Shown here: positions 1-10,595 of the stretch, in pieces
Numbering within the stretch: position 1 is the first letter of the stretch
Layout of the letters: each line of letters starts with the position of its first letter
Virus record (IMG/VR): IMGVR_UViG_3300023082_000011
Location: 410 to 64,409 of that record
DNA length: 64,000 bases
Direction: 5' to 3' (one strand)
Source of the DNA: a virus
Program-made: the position numbers and the translations under genes
Notes under the pieces: model-generated
Told to the model about the DNA's origin: nothing
Seen by the model: the letters and a program-made list of their open reading frames with translations, nothing else
Database searches by the model: none

Positions 1-229
1 TATAAATTTTTTAAAAGTAGGCCTGAAAAGTAAACCACCCATACAAGAGCAAATGTCAAAGAAAAACCTATAAATCCTATAATAATGCTGTCACCCGGAC
101 GCCTTAGATGAACATCTGTATTGAATCCGAACATGCCCATGTAAAATTCACCCAAACCATAACAACCATACAAAGACACACAAAATAACAGCATGGTGCC
201 TAAAACTATCAATAATCTTTTTAACATGA
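1..229 (-). CDS. partial membrane protein (start ATG ~227-229, runs off window start; two predicted TM helices)
   Basis: Manual translation MLKRLLIVLGTMLLFCVSLYGCYGLGEFYMGMFGFNTDVHLRRPGDSIIIGFIGFSLTFALVWVVYFSGLLLKNL with no stop before position 1; not in the ORF track because it is truncated. Confidence 0.3.
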
Positions 230-544
230 TCCTAAAAATTTACTTAATTCACTATACTTCATTTCTAAATGTTCCACAACCAATTCCTTTGCCGCGAATA
301 AAGCCGTTTCCGAATCTACATATTCTCCGTTCAGTGTTACATAGTACTCTTTATCCGACCACTCTATGACATAAGTTCCTATTGGTGTAAGGAGGCTTGT
401 GTGACTATATAGGGAGAAGCCTTTCTTGGGTGGTTTAATTTCTGTCCAATTCATATTATTTTTAAATTTTAGGTGGCTCGGGTAACGGCATCCAATGTGT
501 GACCAAAAAATCATTGTTTGGAGGTATTTCACATATCTCTCCAT
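221..544 (-). CDS. hypothetical protein (107 aa)
   Basis: ORF track; TAA stop; tiles with neighbours on the same strand. Confidence 0.4.
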   Translation of the reverse strand: MERYVKYLQTMIFWSHIGCRYPSHLKFKNNMNWTEIKPPKKGFSLYSHTSLLTPIGTYVIEWSDKEYYVTLNGEYVDSETALFAAKELVVEHLEMKYSELSKFLGSC

Positions 545-669
545 CCTCTATGTGCCAAACACCTCTTGATGAATAGTACCATCCCATATAAATGTAACCT
601 CCTATAAAACTTAATACGGCTACGTCATCTTCAGGTAAAGACTGATTTACACTAATCCAATCCATATCC

Positions 670-966
670 CTAATATTCTAAAAATGTTATATTGCTTGGC
701 AATACTTCTACCACGTTACCGCCAGAAATTTCCACCAAGGCTACCGTGTAATTACCGGTACCACTTTCAAATTCTTCGTAAGCACTTCCCCAACAATGGA
801 ACAAACCTTCATTAGGAAAATTTTTCTCCCAACAGTTTGTATTTTCTACTTGCTTACCTTCCTTTACCTCTTTAGGTATCCATTTATTAAATTTTACTTT
901 TCTCATTCCAATGTTTTTCTTTTGCAAATATATAATCAAATACTCAGATACAATAGACGTTAACAA
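670..966 (-). CDS. hypothetical protein (98 aa)
   Basis: ORF track; TAG stop. Confidence 0.4.
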   Translation of the reverse strand: MLTSIVSEYLIIYLQKKNIGMRKVKFNKWIPKEVKEGKQVENTNCWEKNFPNEGLFHCWGSAYEEFESGTGNYTVALVEISGGNVVEVLPSNITFLEY

Positions 967-969
967 AAT

Positions 970-1812
970 TTAACTAAGTTCGGGTATATGTAATTTCCAT
1001 CCACGATGTTCTATTTGACTACCATTATTTACAGATTTAATTGCGTTATGAGATAATCCATACTCTATGGTGAAATTTTTTAAATTATTTGTAGAGACCG
1101 TCCGTCCTGATGAGTTAACAAAATAAAAAAGTTTTTCTTGGTAGGGCACTCTATTTTCAGGCAGATCTTTTCTCCATCCTTTATGTTGAAATTGTTTTCC
1201 AAAAATTACTGATTTGATGCAACTATGCTTTAATTTATTTTCTAAACAAAAATCTTGAAGATGATTTATAACTACTGGTATACCATTTGGATTTACCAAG
1301 TAGTATTTATTTTTAACGTAGGGACTATTTTCAACAGTTTTAGACCAAATTCTCCAACCTCCGTAGTGTTTTCTTACTCCACATAGAACAAACATCATAT
1401 TACGATAGTTTAAATCGTTTTCGTTACAAAATTTTTGCAAGTCTTCTATCTTATATAATTTCCCTTGTTTATCAACAACTTTGTAACGTTTAGTAGGTTT
1501 ATACCCCACTTTTTCATTTGTTTTTGTTAGTGTACAGTTCAACCCTGTAGGACTTAGTACCTTAAAAAAATCTTGATAAAATCTTTCTCGTATATTTAGT
1601 TTATTTTCACAACATACTTCTATTACTTCAAATGTATGAGAATACACCCCATATTTTAAAAATGATCTATGAAGCCTTGGCTGTTCTTTTGTATGTGATA
1701 AATATTTATAACCTTCCCACCTTCTATCTATATTTTTTGATTGGCCAATATAGATTCTTCCAGTAGGTGAAATGATCTTATATATGCCACAGACAGACTC
1801 CTTATTTTTCAT
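970..1812 (-). CDS. GIY-YIG homing endonuclease
   Basis: N-terminal GIYKIISPTGRIYIGQSKNIDRRWEGYKY matches GIY-(x10)-YIG with the conserved Arg; the C-terminal half has internal repeats (HRGWK/HKGWRK), NUMOD-like. Confidence 0.8.
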   Translation of the reverse strand: MKNKESVCGIYKIISPTGRIYIGQSKNIDRRWEGYKYLSHTKEQPRLHRSFLKYGVYSHTFEVIEVCCENKLNIRERFYQDFFKVLSPTGLNCTLTKTNEKVGYKPTKRYKVVDKQGKLYKIEDLQKFCNENDLNYRNMMFVLCGVRKHYGGWRIWSKTVENSPYVKNKYYLVNPNGIPVVINHLQDFCLENKLKHSCIKSVIFGKQFQHKGWRKDLPENRVPYQEKLFYFVNSSGRTVSTNNLKNFTIEYGLSHNAIKSVNNGSQIEHRGWKLHIPELS

Positions 1813-1821
1813 AAGTTATAA

Positions 1822-1875
1822 ATAAAAAACCCGTAACTTTGGGAAGTTGCAGCTTCTTACTCATCACGGGTGTGT
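1822..1875 (-). terminator. putative rho-independent terminator downstream of the helicase gene
   Basis: Minus-strand hairpin (cccgtga...tacggg with an inner gaag/cttc stem) followed by a TTTTTTATTT run. Confidence 0.3.
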
Positions 1876-1967
1876 AATAAATGTTTTCTTAAATTTTGTA
1901 GCTGCAACTACAGACTACGAATATAAAAAGACATATTCAAACTAAGAAATATATAAGATTTTGACTA

Positions 1968-3428
1968 TTATTGAAATAATTTCAGATATTCCTGTTCACG
2001 GAGTTGTTCCAGAAGGTCTTTCAAATCTCTGTTTCTTTCCACTGTAATATCTAAATCCATTTTATCTAGTAAAAAATCACGGTAGAACTTTTTAAGAAAT
2101 TTAACCTTGAGACCAACAAACTTCCCAAATGGCATTAACAGATCACTTTTCACGAATACTGGCTTTGGCGGATTTTTTAGCCACTCTTTGGTAATAACTT
2201 TATCCAATCTCAAAGGAACACCCGTCAAAAGTCTTTCGCCTGAAAAAAGTCCCCACCCGAATCCCGGAATGTTTTCGTAATTCAGATCTTCCACTTTACC
2301 CCATCTTTCGATATTTCCACAGTAATCGTGTATGGTACAAAAAGGCTTAATTTCGTTTACCCGAACGCCTCTACCGACCACCTGATAAAATAGACGAATC
2401 GTACCGAATGGTCTACCTATCAATATATGTGAAATCAGGGAACAATCAAACCCCGTAGTCAAGGTTGCATAGTTTATGATGACCCCCGCATCGGAGGACA
2501 TGACCTTGTATTCCTCTATGAAATCATTTCTTTCAGAGGACTTGGTACCAGCACTTATAACGGCTGCCTTACACAAACCAAGACCGTTGACCCAATCGCT
2601 CACTATATTTGCCGTTTCCACGCTATCCATGAATACCAGCACCTTTTCGTGTCGTTTTTTGGTCTTTAATATCTCACGTAAATCTTTGCAAAGGCTCCTT
2701 CTGGTTCCCTGCAATTCCAGTTCCTTCCTTACGCTTTCGTCATCAAACTCTGTTCCGGATGAGTTCACCTTTAACCTGGAATCGTCGAAGGGTGTGCTGA
2801 CATATTCAAGTTTACTCCACCTGCCCGCATCAATGACTTCCTGTACCTGCGTAACATGTATTATCTTCTTGAACAGTTTGGGCCTGAGTTTATCCAAAAA
2901 TATGGGGCAGACGAAGCCTTTTGTGGAAGCGGTCTTAAACGGCGTGGCGGTGAGCCCAAGTAGCTTTTTTGGTTTAAGGTCCTTTATGAAGTCGTTAAAC
3001 ATCCCTATCTCGGAATATTTGTAATCGGCCTCGTCAACCACTACATGCTTATTTTTGTTCTCCTTAAATTTCGAGACATCTTTTAATGATCCGACGGTGG
3101 CTATGGTTAAGCCGCTGATAACTTTCTTACCAAAACTGCCCGAATAGACCGATACGATACCGCCTTCGCCCTCAATGGCAGCCTTATTTTGTTTTAGGAG
3201 CTCTATTGAGGGTACGACAAAAAGAATAGGGAAGTCAACTTCCTGGGACATCTTGGCCAACAACAGCGATTTTCCATGGGCGGTCGGGGCTATGCATATA
3301 CCACTGTCATCACCTTTTTCCGTGGAAAGCAAAAAGGACATACAATCATTGTACGCCCTTTCTTGGTATGGAAATAAAGTTTTACCCATTTTTAAGAATA
3401 TCCTCTGTAATTTCAAATAGCCTTTCAA
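1968..3428 (-). CDS. SF2 DEAD/DEAH-box DNA helicase
   Basis: Walker A APTAHGKS, motif II VVVDEADY, helicase C-terminal motifs (QVVGRGVR); 486 aa. Confidence 0.8.
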   Translation of the reverse strand: MKGYLKLQRIFLKMGKTLFPYQERAYNDCMSFLLSTEKGDDSGICIAPTAHGKSLLLAKMSQEVDFPILFVVPSIELLKQNKAAIEGEGGIVSVYSGSFGKKVISGLTIATVGSLKDVSKFKENKNKHVVVDEADYKYSEIGMFNDFIKDLKPKKLLGLTATPFKTASTKGFVCPIFLDKLRPKLFKKIIHVTQVQEVIDAGRWSKLEYVSTPFDDSRLKVNSSGTEFDDESVRKELELQGTRRSLCKDLREILKTKKRHEKVLVFMDSVETANIVSDWVNGLGLCKAAVISAGTKSSERNDFIEEYKVMSSDAGVIINYATLTTGFDCSLISHILIGRPFGTIRLFYQVVGRGVRVNEIKPFCTIHDYCGNIERWGKVEDLNYENIPGFGWGLFSGERLLTGVPLRLDKVITKEWLKNPPKPVFVKSDLLMPFGKFVGLKVKFLKKFYRDFLLDKMDLDITVERNRDLKDLLEQLREQEYLKLFQ

Positions 3429-3882
3429 GGCAGGCCGTTTGTGCCATTAAATAATCATTTCCTGCATAACTTAGAACATAGTATGTTCCATTTTTTAAGT
3501 TCAATATTTGACAATCAAATTCAAAAGCTTCTGTACTGTGTATCCCATCTATGATGTGTAGAAGATTATGAGTATCCCTGAAAAATTTCCAAACTTGATC
3601 CCACGTAGGAGCCGTGCAAAAACCATTGTTTCTGTTACCCATCTTCCTACCCAGTTTCTGGGAGTTTCTGCTTTTATATCGAGGTTCCCAATGGTCGCCC
3701 TGATAAATGGCAAAACACTCTTCATCAAAACCCAATTCCTTAAGTTTATAAGCTAGATGCGGGGGTATAGATAAATTCTTTAAAGCCATTTTGGAGGAGT
3801 CTTTGCGTTTGTTTTTAAAAATGCAGACAAGGCATGGCCCCCATACCAAAGGATTCCAAATACAGGGAATAATGAAGTACAA
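3382..3882 (-). CDS. hypothetical protein, LKELGFDE-motif family (paralog of 30552..30956)
   Basis: Shares YKLKELGFDEECFA with the 30552..30956 protein (WELKELGFDEPCYA); likely true start is the internal Met (MALKNL). Confidence 0.4.
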   Translation of the reverse strand: MYFIIPCIWNPLVWGPCLVCIFKNKRKDSSKMALKNLSIPPHLAYKLKELGFDEECFAIYQGDHWEPRYKSRNSQKLGRKMGNRNNGFCTAPTWDQVWKFFRDTHNLLHIIDGIHSTEAFEFDCQILNLKNGTYYVLSYAGNDYLMAQTACLERLFEITEDILKNG

Positions 3883-4000
3883 AATACCAGAAATACCTCG
3901 TTATAAGTGTAAGAATCAGGAAAACTAGTCCTCCAGTAATATCTACCAAGTAGATAACTCACCATAAAGTGCATTACGTATAGTATAAAAACTAAATATA

Positions 4001-4441
4001 TCATAACCATTCCCCATTCCATTTAACCGGTTCACTCCTATTGATAACCAAAGATTGTTTCGTGTCTTCGTCTACAAAAGTTTCCTTCCAATGGACACGT
4101 CCGACCAGCACTTCTTCTTTTTTCTTACCCCTGCCGTGGGTTTCAATGGACTCAACATATTGGCGTTCCTGATCGGAAAACATCAAGTCTTCCTTACGCA
4201 GTTCCAATATCTCGGCATTTAATTTCTCCACTTGGATTTTCCTATCCTGGATATCCACTTCAATTGATTTTCTTGTTCTCATAATATTTTTGATGTTATC
4301 TTCAACTTTCTTTTTCCAATTGTGTAAATAATTATCCTGCATAACTTTCCGAATTCTTCCATAAGGATTGACGTTATCGTACCAGTCAATGACGTTATCA
4401 TACGGAAAATAGGGTGATTTTTTATTTAACAGAGGTGTCAT
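4001..4441 (-). CDS. hypothetical protein (146 aa)
   Basis: ORF track; operon context. Confidence 0.4.
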   Translation of the reverse strand: MTPLLNKKSPYFPYDNVIDWYDNVNPYGRIRKVMQDNYLHNWKKKVEDNIKNIMRTRKSIEVDIQDRKIQVEKLNAEILELRKEDLMFSDQERQYVESIETHGRGKKKEEVLVGRVHWKETFVDEDTKQSLVINRSEPVKWNGEWL

Positions 4442-4637
4442 TTGTTTTTAACTTTAGATGGTGCTATCAATGTCCACTTATTAAGCATCCTGTTGTGCTG
4501 GATTATGTCGTCTGTAAGGTTGATCGTATAAATATCTTTATCGTCGTCACCCACTGCCCTCCAAGCGACCACATGTGTCCCCGTAGTCAATTCGCAGAGT
4601 ATCGGTGTGTAGAAAGGAGGCTTTTCTTTTTTGAAAT

Positions 4638-5570
4638 TTATGTACTCCATTTTAAATTTTTAAGAATGTGAGAAATTACATCTATCGTCCAACCGTTACC
4701 TATAGCCTTAAGAGCCTGAGTATCTGTGATTATTTTATTAAAGTAATTATCTGGTAATGTTTGAAGCCTGCAACATTCTATTAGTGTGTAATGTCTATAA
4801 TCTTCTTTACGGTCAAAAGCATTTAGATACCTACCCGGTTCCAAAAAAGTTAAGACATTATCTTTCTGGACAGTTGTTAAGCAATTTGATTTATTACTGT
4901 CTTTTACTTCCAAACATTGAACAATAGGAAAACTTTTATCATTGTCTTTTCTTACACCTTTTTCATTAAGCCTACGCCCTGTAATACCTGCTGGTCTTAT
5001 ATTTCTACCTCTAATAGCACCTGGATTCATAAACTTACAATCTTCCAATATATCTACCAATTGTATACCTTTGTCTGAAGGTGTATCAAATTTTATATTT
5101 GTCCAATATAACCTCTTCCTAGTTTGTGCGCTAAAAAATTTACTGTCAATGAGAATAGGTTCTACTCCTAGATATTTTGTTATTACGTCTTGATGTTCTT
5201 TTTTCATAATCACATTTTCAAGTAAAAAAGCAACTTCTGGATTATAGGCCTGCACCTCTTTTAAAATCCTTACAAACTCAAAAAATAATTTACTTCTAGG
5301 ATCTTCAAAATTTAAACCTTTCCCAGAAGAAGAAAAACCCTGACAGGGAGAGCCTCCCAATAGTAAATCTATCTGTATCGGGGCAATTACTTTTGTTACG
5401 TCCCCTAGTTGAATAGTGTTTGGGAAGTTGTGCTGACAAATTTTAATAGTGTGCTTATCTACTTCGCTTGCATAATATTTATTAACGTTTATACCCGCTC
5501 TTTTTAAAGCTAATTGCCCACAACTAATACCATCAAACAAACTTAAAACATTTATCCCTTTTTCCATCAA
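4638..5570 (-). CDS. DNA (cytosine-5)-methyltransferase, intact
   Basis: Motif I LSLFDGISCG, motif IV GGSPCQGFS, motif VI ENV, motif X AIGNGW; 310 aa. Confidence 0.85.
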   Translation of the reverse strand: MMEKGINVLSLFDGISCGQLALKRAGINVNKYYASEVDKHTIKICQHNFPNTIQLGDVTKVIAPIQIDLLLGGSPCQGFSSSGKGLNFEDPRSKLFFEFVRILKEVQAYNPEVAFLLENVIMKKEHQDVITKYLGVEPILIDSKFFSAQTRKRLYWTNIKFDTPSDKGIQLVDILEDCKFMNPGAIRGRNIRPAGITGRRLNEKGVRKDNDKSFPIVQCLEVKDSNKSNCLTTVQKDNVLTFLEPGRYLNAFDRKEDYRHYTLIECCRLQTLPDNYFNKIITDTQALKAIGNGWTIDVISHILKNLKWST

Positions 5571-6058
5571 CTTACGTTATTATAGTTACTTTTTTCCTTA
5601 CTTAAGACCGAAATACTTTGTATCACACTCTGTAGGACATATTGGTATATGTCAACCACGGCCTCGTAACCGGTGAAGATTTCTTTCATCCTGCCCATGG
5701 TAGCTGAATAGTCCTTGTACTCATCATCGTCATAACAAAGTTTGTCCGCCGTGGTAAAAGACATACCCCCGTCAACCAACTTCTTTATTACACGGGCCTT
5801 TAAGACCTTACGTTCCTCTTCCATGAAGGTATGGTTTGATCCCTTGAACCTTTTAATCTTTCCGTAAAGGGTGCTTAAATAGGCCAGGATACCCACTATT
5901 TCACGCTTAATCTCCTCAAGTGTATGTATATTGTCACCAGCCGACATATAGGCATCCTTAAGCTCTCCCAGACGTTTTATCTGTTCAAGCATTTTGTTGT
6001 CCAGATCCTTGGGGTAAGGGATGATGTCGCTTACCTTTATCTTGAATTTTTCTGCCAT
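5567..6058 (-). CDS. hypothetical protein (163 aa)
   Basis: ORF track; ATGA overlap with the upstream gene. Confidence 0.4.
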   Translation of the reverse strand: MAEKFKIKVSDIIPYPKDLDNKMLEQIKRLGELKDAYMSAGDNIHTLEEIKREIVGILAYLSTLYGKIKRFKGSNHTFMEEERKVLKARVIKKLVDGGMSFTTADKLCYDDDEYKDYSATMGRMKEIFTGYEAVVDIYQYVLQSVIQSISVLSKEKSNYNNVS

Positions 6059-6062
6059 AGGT

Positions 6063-6695
6063 TTATTTCTTCTTTTTTAATTTTACGTGGTATTCTTCAC
6101 GCCTTTTGTTAAGTTGCTTAGCTATGGCTGGATACTTTGATTCCATGGTCTTTCTCATTGAGTAAGGAATGGTAGGTGTGTTGGCACGTAGTTTCAGGTT
6201 GATTTCGTCTTGGTCCGCGCCTTCCACCTTGATAAGATCCATCTGGGACTTACCTTTGGCGTAAAGTGTGGTAACCCTGTTCTCGAACTTCTTAAGCTTA
6301 GTGATTTCTGCAAGTTCCGCAGCCTTGCCTTTCTCGCCTTCACCCAATACCTTCTTTTTTACGGCACTTACACCTTCACGGAAAAAGGCTTCGCACTTGA
6401 CCTCAAAAATTTTGAAAAGACTTTTATGCTCTGCCAGCCATTTATAAGCGATTTTTGCATCGTCCTTACGCTTGGTTCTTACTAAGTTATAGAGTTCCGT
6501 GGCGTTCTTTATCATAGTATCCATTATCACAGCTTCCAGCTCGAACATGGATTCCATATCGTCACCCCAGACCCAATCATTTTCTTGGATGAGTTCCCTG
6601 TTGGATTCAAACGTATTCTTGAAACGGTTTATCACTTCCTTGACACCGGCTTCCGATTCTTGTTCGTCTATTTCTTCTTCGTACATTATTTCCAA
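6063..6695 (-). CDS. hypothetical protein (210 aa), charged/coiled-coil
   Basis: ORF track. Confidence 0.4.
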   Translation of the reverse strand: MEIMYEEEIDEQESEAGVKEVINRFKNTFESNRELIQENDWVWGDDMESMFELEAVIMDTMIKNATELYNLVRTKRKDDAKIAYKWLAEHKSLFKIFEVKCEAFFREGVSAVKKKVLGEGEKGKAAELAEITKLKKFENRVTTLYAKGKSQMDLIKVEGADQDEINLKLRANTPTIPYSMRKTMESKYPAIAKQLNKRREEYHVKLKKKK

Positions 6696-6867
6696 GGATT
6701 TTCTTCAGTTATTTCTTCAAAACACTTTTTAAGTAAATTCACTTTTTCAGGGAGCATACTTTTCAATTGGTTTAAATGAAAATCTGGTGGTAATGGTAAT
6801 TCTAGCGCATGTACTAAATTATCGACCGCATCAATCACTAGACCTAGTCTTTCAAATTTATCTTCCA

Positions 6868-7011
6868 TTATTTTAGTTTTCGTTCATTTATAGGTGAAGT
6901 AGTTTCAAGTATATAGTACCTTCCTTCACAAGATTTACACTCTTTTACGCCTTGTGATAGCTTTTTATTTTCCGAAAGTTTTTCCTTACAGTTAGGACAG
7001 TATATTATCAT
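6868..7011 (-). CDS. zinc-ribbon small protein (47 aa), or a C-terminal extension of the primase via TAG readthrough
   Basis: Manual translation MIIYCPNCKEKLSENKKLSQGVKECKSCEGRYYILETTSPINERKLK gives CxxC-x17-CxxC; it lies in frame one codon after the TAG stop of 7015..7986. Confidence 0.3.
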   Translation of the reverse strand: MIIYCPNCKEKLSENKKLSQGVKECKSCEGRYYILETTSPINERKLK

Positions 7012-7014
7012 ACT

Positions 7015-7986
7015 CTATTTCTCATAAATTTCTTTCAGTTTTTCAATTGCCTCGTCTTCCGTCAGGCAGTTAACGGCACAGAACACCTCGAAAGGCGTGT
7101 GTGATTTCTTTTCGTCCGTGAAAACGTTTGATTCCCCGAAGTCGATTATGTTACCCGTATCAATGAATACCTTGGAGGAGTGTGAATTGTTGCTTCCGTC
7201 CCGTTTAAGCAGGACATTGCCTTCCCTGTCATAACCGTTTATGGTGTAGTTGCCCGTACCCACCATCATATCCGCCACCATATCGGAGTTCGTTTCCGAG
7301 TTGTATTTACCTATAAGGGCATAACTCGAAGCCTCACCAACATATTTGGGTCTTGGAACAAAACCACAGTCCAAAGAATACAGTTTTTCTTCTATGGTCC
7401 GCCATTCGTCATAGTTTATGGAGAACAGTTTTATACCGTAGAAGTGTTTGTAATTTGGATGTACTATAACCCCATAACTTCCCTCAAAACGTGTCTCTAT
7501 GACGCATTTGGTAGGTTTGTTGAGGAGCGTGGAATTTAGTTTGGTTTCATCCGTACCTTCCTTTTTTTCCTCGAATTCCTTGAACAGTTCGGGAATGGTT
7601 TTCAGTCTGTGGGTTATTTTCCTTGATCCGTCCAAAAAGCCCTCCGTCCGTAACCAAATGTGCTTCCCCCCGCTTCTCGTCTCGTTCACCCTGAATTTTT
7701 TCCTCAATGGTTCGGGGATGCCCTCACAAAAGGCTTTCCAATAGTCTTGGTGTGGTAATTGTTTGTCAAGGTCAAAGTCTATACAGACCAACTTGGAAAA
7801 TCCTCCGGTTATGGCAGCCAATCCTCCACAGTCCTTACAGTACAAATCAATTTCCCAATCCGTCAAAAACCTCCTTCTCAAATGCTCCCACTTAATCTTG
7901 GATTTCTTCCCCCCATCCGAATCCAATGGTGTGACCGAAATACCCAACCCTATCAAATGTTTAGCTTCCTTTCTGTAATCTGGCAT
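7015..7986 (-). CDS. Prim-Pol (archaeo-eukaryotic primase superfamily) DNA primase/polymerase
   Basis: GISVTPLDSDGGKKSKIKWEHL, CIDFDLD and TRSGGKHIWL match the Prim-Pol N-terminal motifs (DxD, sGG-H); TAG stop followed in frame by a zinc ribbon. Confidence 0.55.
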   Translation of the reverse strand: MPDYRKEAKHLIGLGISVTPLDSDGGKKSKIKWEHLRRRFLTDWEIDLYCKDCGGLAAITGGFSKLVCIDFDLDKQLPHQDYWKAFCEGIPEPLRKKFRVNETRSGGKHIWLRTEGFLDGSRKITHRLKTIPELFKEFEEKKEGTDETKLNSTLLNKPTKCVIETRFEGSYGVIVHPNYKHFYGIKLFSINYDEWRTIEEKLYSLDCGFVPRPKYVGEASSYALIGKYNSETNSDMVADMMVGTGNYTINGYDREGNVLLKRDGSNNSHSSKVFIDTGNIIDFGESNVFTDEKKSHTPFEVFCAVNCLTEDEAIEKLKEIYEK

Positions 7987-8329
7987 TTCTTTTCTCCACT
8001 AATTTTTCAAATTTTATATCTAAAAATTTACCTAGCTCACTTCCTCTTTCCACGACATAAGTTTTGCCCTTAAAAACAATATGCCACCTTACGGTCAGGC
8101 ACTGTATTGATTTGTTGGCAATCCCGCCGCTTATGGCCATATTATCATTTGATATAAAATCAACATAACTGGTACCCAATAGGTATCTTTCGACTTCTGG
8201 GGGAGGAAATCCCGTACCCCTTATCATAAGTTCAAAAAATGCAAGAGGCAATAGAAATAAGAAAAACATTAAAAATAATTCCATCATAAATAAGTTTAAT
8301 AACCCTAATCTGATCCCGTCGTATTTCAA
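7961..8329 (-). CDS. small membrane protein (122 aa)
   Basis: Hydrophobic N-terminus LGLLNLFMMELFLMFFLFLLPLAFF. Confidence 0.35.
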   Translation of the reverse strand: MKYDGIRLGLLNLFMMELFLMFFLFLLPLAFFELMIRGTGFPPPEVERYLLGTSYVDFISNDNMAISGGIANKSIQCLTVRWHIVFKGKTYVVERGSELGKFLDIKFEKLVEKRNARLQKGS

Positions 8330-8624
8330 AACGAAACCTTTTTAAAAATTGTTCTGCAAATGTAAGAATAAAGTTATAAAGTAATTAATAGGGAATCGTT
8401 AAACATTAGTTAAAGGTTTTTCACTATCACCTCAAATTGTTCCCAAAATATAACCTTTCCGCTTTTATCAAGTAATATTCCGTTAAACTCCACCTCTAAC
8501 CAGTCTTTATAATCGGGTGGAAGCAAAGATAACCAGTTTATGGCACCTTTTATGCCTGTGGTGATATTGCTGCCCATCATAAAACACAATATTCCATTGT
8601 GTCTATCTTGTATGACCTGTAACA

Positions 8625-9323
8625 TCATACAATAAATTTAGGTATAAAACCTCCCTGGATACAACCTGGTATTGGAACCATAATATCCGATTCCTGTTGA
8701 TCGTCGTCACATCCGTCCAAACCCTTCAATCCCATATACCAATGCTTGTTATATTGTTTGGGGATGTCTTCCGGTTTAAGGAGGAGATGAAATCCACCCC
8801 TTGTCACCAAAATCTTACGCGGAGTGTCCATACCAATCAAATTATCTATGGCTTCTTTCTTATCCAAATAATCACATTTATCAAAATCAAAATCCACGTA
8901 AACTGTCCTTGACTTGGCCCTGTGAAGTTCGGTCAATCCCAATTGGTTTGGACGAATAAATTTATCGCCCGTGGCAAGCATTCTTACGAGTGTCTGTGCC
9001 ATGTTTGCACAAGCCTTTTTAATACTTCTTGGATTTGGTGCTATGTAGATTGCAAGTCCGTCGTTTGGCATTTCTATTCCGTCCATCAAGTAACGGCCTA
9101 CAGGTATTTCCAACTGCCTTAATTTATAAACCAAATCTTTCTTGGTGCAGGTGTTTCTCCACAACTGGTGTTTATCCTTACCTTTGTTTACGAGCGAAGG
9201 CATGTATTTCTTTCTGGCAAACAGGCAAACGTAGAAAAGTTCATCATCCGTAAGATCGGGAAGGAAGTTATCAATGAAGTCCTGTAAGGCAGCTTCGTCA
9301 TATATTATCTTATAATTTTCCAT
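8625..9323 (-). CDS. hypothetical protein (232 aa)
   Basis: ORF track; TGA stop overlapping the downstream ATG. Confidence 0.4.
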   Translation of the reverse strand: MENYKIIYDEAALQDFIDNFLPDLTDDELFYVCLFARKKYMPSLVNKGKDKHQLWRNTCTKKDLVYKLRQLEIPVGRYLMDGIEMPNDGLAIYIAPNPRSIKKACANMAQTLVRMLATGDKFIRPNQLGLTELHRAKSRTVYVDFDFDKCDYLDKKEAIDNLIGMDTPRKILVTRGGFHLLLKPEDIPKQYNKHWYMGLKGLDGCDDDQQESDIMVPIPGCIQGGFIPKFIV

Positions 9324-9547
9324 TAAGTTCTTTACATTGAGTTTTTAAATTGTCCATTATCGACTTTGAGGGGTATCCTGACCCGTGGTAAAATACTTTG
9401 TACAGTTTCCTTTTGTCAGAATATTTTATGTAATAATATCTTGAACATATTTCAGTACCATATTCGCCATAGTATTTCCAATAGTCACTTGTGTTTGCTA
9501 CGGTTACCCAATCGTCAGTGAAGAAAATGCAAAACCATTTAATGAGA

Positions 9548-9928
9548 CTAGACATTTTGCTCCTCCCTCCACATTTTTTCTAGTTGATACAAAATCAGGA
9601 ACCTGTTGTGTGGTCTATGGATTTGCCCATATTTGATTATGGCTTCCAACCACTCGTCATCAATTTCTGGCAACGGAACATATTTAAAAGGCTGCCTACC
9701 ATCTTCACCTCTACCACCACGTAAAACATATTCCCTGACATCGGCAAAATGTGTTTCACTGTTAAAATATACAGATTTTTCAGTGTAATTGTCACCTACA
9801 CGCCTAAGATATTCGTAACCACCGTCAACCCCGCAAGTATTACAATGACACATCTTAGCATCGTGTACGTTGTAGGATCGAATTTCTTCCTTACAGTGAT
9901 TGCACTGAATTGCGTTCTTTATAATCAT
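9548..9928 (-). CDS. zinc-finger protein (126 aa)
   Basis: CNHC...CHCNTC cysteine/histidine cluster; TAG stop. Confidence 0.35.
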   Translation of the reverse strand: MIIKNAIQCNHCKEEIRSYNVHDAKMCHCNTCGVDGGYEYLRRVGDNYTEKSVYFNSETHFADVREYVLRGGRGEDGRQPFKYVPLPEIDDEWLEAIIKYGQIHRPHNRFLILYQLEKMWREEQNV

Positions 9929-10211
9929 TTTTGTATTTTTGATTGTAAATGTAAAATGAAGTTATTGTGGATGGTAGTGAGCCTATCGATCTCATCGGTT
10001 ATGTTTTTGTTGAAATCCTCCTTGGATATTATTTACATAATCTCCTGTCTGGAATAATCACTGCCTCTAACTATGTCGTAAGCTTCTTCTATGGGGTATA
10101 GTCCCGCAAAGAATATTGACGTGGAGTAACCACAACGATTAGGACCCCAATAACTTCCGTAAGAGCCATTCCGAACTACTGCATACCCATCCGGATTTTC
10201 TTCCACCATTT

Positions 10212-10595
10212 TCAGGGAAGATTCATCGCGTTCCTTTTACCAGAATATTCTTCTACTTCCGCCCCATCAAAATATTTCAAGCCCTTTGAACGAGCTTTAT
10301 TCCTTGTCGAGGCGTACACTATCACTTCATCCCAATGCCAAGGTTCGTCTGATATATCGAAGCACTTTACGTGCCATGCCTTTAAACTTTCCATAATCTA
10401 CATTTCCTCCAGATAACCCAACTCTTCCATCCCGCTCTCAAACTCGTCCAATAACGCCAAGGCATTGCGTAAATCCTCCACGGATTCGGGTTCCAAAAAT
10501 TCTTCCAGCTTAATATAGCCGCCTTTAGTAAGGTCATAATAGAAATCGTCCGCTGATACGGGGTTAGCGTCTGTCTTAAATCTTAGTTTGCTCAT
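10212..10595 (-). CDS. two small acidic ORFs (65 + 60 aa) in the same frame, separated only by TAG plus one codon
   Basis: 10398..10595 ends TAG at 10398-10400, then ATT, then ATG of 10212..10394; could be one 127-aa protein if TAG is suppressed. Confidence 0.3.

Noticed and set aside
2476-3024. Plus-strand ORFs embedded antisense in minus-strand genes (e.g. 2476..3024, 4942..5193, 20667..20984, 46938..47468, 54222..54662 and many others in the track).
   Set aside because: They lie entirely inside well-supported minus-strand genes (helicase, MTase, transposase, DGR TR/VR). They have low-complexity Ser/Leu/Phe-rich translations typical of the antisense frame of AT-rich coding DNA, and they break the tight ATGA-coupled operon structure. 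Considered spurious.
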